From Acidobacteriota bacterium (GTDB taxonomy: Bacteria > Acidobacteriota > Polarisedimenticolia > JACPZX01 > DASXTC01), in the NCBI GenBank assembly GCA_045402695.1, contig JAWPNA010000286.1, positions 1 to 37,738 of the forward strand: 37,738 nucleotides of DNA, written 5' to 3'. Within the stretch, counting starts at the first letter, position 1. Each line of letters begins with the position of its first letter. Shown piece after piece: positions 35,503-37,738 of the stretch. Below the pieces are notes generated by a model. The model worked only from the letters and a program-made list of their open reading frames with translations, did no database searches and was not told where the DNA came from. The translations under genes were made by a program, and so were the position numbers.

Positions 35503-37126
35503 CGGTCCCCTCCGAGGAGGAGGCCACCGGCACGCTCAGGAGCACCTCCATCCCCAGGCGCAAGCTGGTCCTCAGCACTTTGCCCCGGTCGCTGCGGGGC
35601 AGTTGCGCGACGAAGTCGATCCAGCGAGGGTACTTGTAGGGTGAGAGCCGGCCCTTCACGTGGGCCTTCAGCTCGAAGGCCAGCTCACGGGACGGCCTAC
35701 ATCCGTCCTTCACCACGACGTACGCCTTCGGCTTGGTCAGGCCCCCATCGTCGGCCTGGCCCACCACCGCGGTTTCCAGCACCGCGGGATGCGACAGCAG
35801 GCAGTCCTCGATCTCGAGCGGGGAGACGAAGATCCCGCTGACCTTCAGCATGTCGTCGGTGCGCCCGCAGTAGTGGAAATACCCCTCATCGTCTCTGAGG
35901 ACCTGGTCTCCGGTGACGCACCAGTCGCCCAGAAACGTCTCACGCGACGACTCGCGCCTCTGCCAGTAGCACAAGGCGGTTGAGCCTCCCTTGACCCAGA
36001 GGGTGCCCTGCCGGCCGTTCGGAACGTCTTCTCCACCGGGTCCCGCGATGCGCGCTTCGTAGCCGGGCACCAGACGGCCGAGTGTGCCGGGACGGACCTC
36101 GCCGAACCGGTTGGAGATGTAGATGTGGAACATCTCCGCCGAGCCGATCCCGTCGAGGATCTCCACGTCGAAGGTCCGCATCCAACGGTGATACAACTCG
36201 GCCGGAAGGGCTTCGCCGGCGGATAGGCAGACCCGCAGGCAGGAGAGATCCTGCCCGCGCGCGGCGGGGGATTCCAGCATCGCGTTGATCATCGTGGGGA
36301 CGCTGGTCAGTATCGTGGGCCTGTGGCGGGCAATCATCGCGAAGATGATCTCCGGGCTGCTGCGCTCGGGAAACAACACCGTCGTTCCGCCCGCGGCGAG
36401 GGGGAACATCAGGTTGGTCCCCGTGGCGTATCCGAAGAAGAGCTTGGGCACCGACAAGGTGACGTCGCTGGACTTCATGCCGAGGATCTGATTCGCGTAC
36501 GTCTCGATGTTGTAGGCGAAGTCCCTGTGGTAGTGGACGGCCGCCTTGGGCTTCCCGGTGCTGCCGGAGGTGAAAAGCCAGCCGGCGATGTCGTCCGCGC
36601 TCGTCGGAGCCGTCTGGAGTCGGCCCGCGGCGCGACCTAGCTCGGCTTCCCATGACGCGTGCCGGCCAGGCGAAGCACCGCCCACCACCAGCAGCACTCT
36701 GAGGAACCGGGCCTGATTGAGGATTGCCTCGAATCGATCGAGCACCGAAGCGTGCACGACAGCGACGGGGGCGCGCGTGTAGTCGAGGTAGTACAGGTAG
36801 TCATCGGCCGTGTGAATGGTGTTGGCCATCGCGAAGACGCCGCCGATCTTGAGGGTGCCGAGCCATGCGGCCGCGAACTCCACGCCGTCGGGCAGCACGA
36901 GGAGGACCCGGTCCTCGATCCGCGCCCCCAGACCCATCAAGGCGTTGCCGGCGCGGCAGGCCAGTCCGTCGATGTCCGCGTAGGAATACCGGGCCTCGCC
37001 GCAGAGAAGCGCCGCCTTGTCCGCGCGCCCCGCGGCAAGTCCCTGGCGCAGCAGATAGTCCGCGAGATTGAATTCGGCGGGAAACGTGGGCAGTGTCGCG
37101 GGAAGCGACGGGGGGCTGTCGGTCAC
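35492..37126 (-). CDS. Benzoate-CoA ligase family aromatic acid-CoA ligase
   Basis: FTSGSTGKPKA, PKLFFGYATG, SAGEALP, DGIGSAEMFHIYISN, GRTDDMLKVSG, YKYPRW. AGGAGG SD before GTG 37126. Confidence 0.92.
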   Translation of the reverse strand: MTDSPPSLPATLPTFPAEFNLADYLLRQGLAAGRADKAALLCGEARYSYADIDGLACRAGNALMGLGARIEDRVLLVLPDGVEFAAAWLGTLKIGGVFAMANTIHTADDYLYYLDYTRAPVAVVHASVLDRFEAILNQARFLRVLLVVGGASPGRHASWEAELGRAAGRLQTAPTSADDIAGWLFTSGSTGKPKAAVHYHRDFAYNIETYANQILGMKSSDVTLSVPKLFFGYATGTNLMFPLAAGGTTVLFPERSSPEIIFAMIARHRPTILTSVPTMINAMLESPAARGQDLSCLRVCLSAGEALPAELYHRWMRTFDVEILDGIGSAEMFHIYISNRFGEVRPGTLGRLVPGYEARIAGPGGEDVPNGRQGTLWVKGGSTALCYWQRRESSRETFLGDWCVTGDQVLRDDEGYFHYCGRTDDMLKVSGIFVSPLEIEDCLLSHPAVLETAVVGQADDGGLTKPKAYVVVKDGCRPSRELAFELKAHVKGRLSPYKYPRWIDFVAQLPRSDRGKVLRTSLRLGMEVLLSVPVASSSEGTDGS

Positions 37127-37138
37127 AATCCTCCTCGT

Positions 37139-37738
37139 CTATGAGGCATGTGCCCGCGTGAGATCGGGAAGAGCGATCTGAGCGATGTTCGACTTCGGCG
37201 ACCTGTGGCCGGCCATGTCGTACGCCCGGACATGGTACCGGTAGTGCACTCCGCCGATCACGTCGTCGTCGCAGTAGGAGGTCCCCTTCACCGAGCCGAC
37301 GTGATTGAACGGCCCGCCGTCGGCGGATCGATGGATCTCGTACCCGTAGATCGCCGTGTCGTCCTCGGCGGGGCTCCATTTCATGTGTATTCGTCCCGCC
37401 GCTTCCTGAGCCGTCAGGCCCGCGCCTGCCCGCGGCCAGGCCGGAGGCGTCGTGTCATGGACGAGTGGGGCCTGCAGCGATCCCTTGGGCCACAGGACGC
37501 AGCGTACCTTCTTGAAGTTCTCATCGAGATTCTTGCACACGTTCCCGTAGACGCATCGCACGATGGTGTCCGCGTGCCCTTGCCTGACCTTAAGAGGCCA
37601 GTCGGGATCGGCCAACATGGCCCGCGCCATCCCGATCAGGTCGGCGCGCCCATCTGCAAGCAGTGACTCGGCCAGCTCGGGGGTGCGTATCTTGCCCGTG
37701 GCGACAACGGGAGTGGTGAATCCCCGGGTGTTGATGTG
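37139..37738 (-). CDS. NADH:flavin oxidoreductase (old yellow enzyme family) with a C-terminal fibronectin type III domain; 5' end outside the window
   Basis: Frame is open to the window edge: HINTRGFTTPVVATGKIRTPELAESLLADGRADLIGMARAMLADPDWP, then RCVYGNVC...RC, then DTTPPAW...WSPAEDD...YEIHRS...YHVRAYDMAGHRS. Confidence 0.88.
   Translation of the reverse strand, partial: HINTRGFTTPVVATGKIRTPELAESLLADGRADLIGMARAMLADPDWPLKVRQGHADTIVRCVYGNVCKNLDENFKKVRCVLWPKGSLQAPLVHDTTPPAWPRAGAGLTAQEAAGRIHMKWSPAEDDTAIYGYEIHRSADGGPFNHVGSVKGTSYCDDDVIGGVHYRYHVRAYDMAGHRSPKSNIAQIALPDLTRAHAS

Noticed and set aside
1-37738. CRISPR arrays, IS elements, integrases or prophage genes
   Set aside because: No regularly spaced repeats, transposase or integrase motifs, terminal inverted repeats or phage structural genes were seen.

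Overview
GC-rich, densely coding bacterial chromosomal window. The gene content suggests an Acidobacteriota-like lineage, but this is inference only. No rRNA, tRNA, CRISPR array or mobile element was found. In order it holds: the 3' end of a bacterial microcompartment shell locus (partial hexamer gene plus three tandem EutN/CcmL pentamer genes); a membrane-anchored TPR protein; an ACE-like M2 peptidase; a secreted His/Cys-rich protein; a minus-strand operon ending in purH; selA; an atypical ychF; a HEAT-repeat protein divergent from a double-length uvrA; a GT-C glycosyltransferase; a Thr/Ser dehydratase; an AmmeMemoRadiSam radical SAM gene; an O-antigen-ligase-like gene with a TPR partner; a small secreted protein with mirror-symmetric Cys spacing; a large beta-helix surface protein with a duplicated Cys-containing domain; a LysW-like zinc ribbon missed by the ORF track, next to a Ser/Thr kinase; and the end of an aromatic acyl-CoA operon (OYE-FnIII fusion, benzoate-CoA ligase family, creatininase family, thioesterase). 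The best candidates for undescribed biology are the 24.2-30.8 kb surface-protein neighbourhood, the LysW-like/kinase pair behind a perfect 24-bp palindrome, and the OYE-FnIII fusion.
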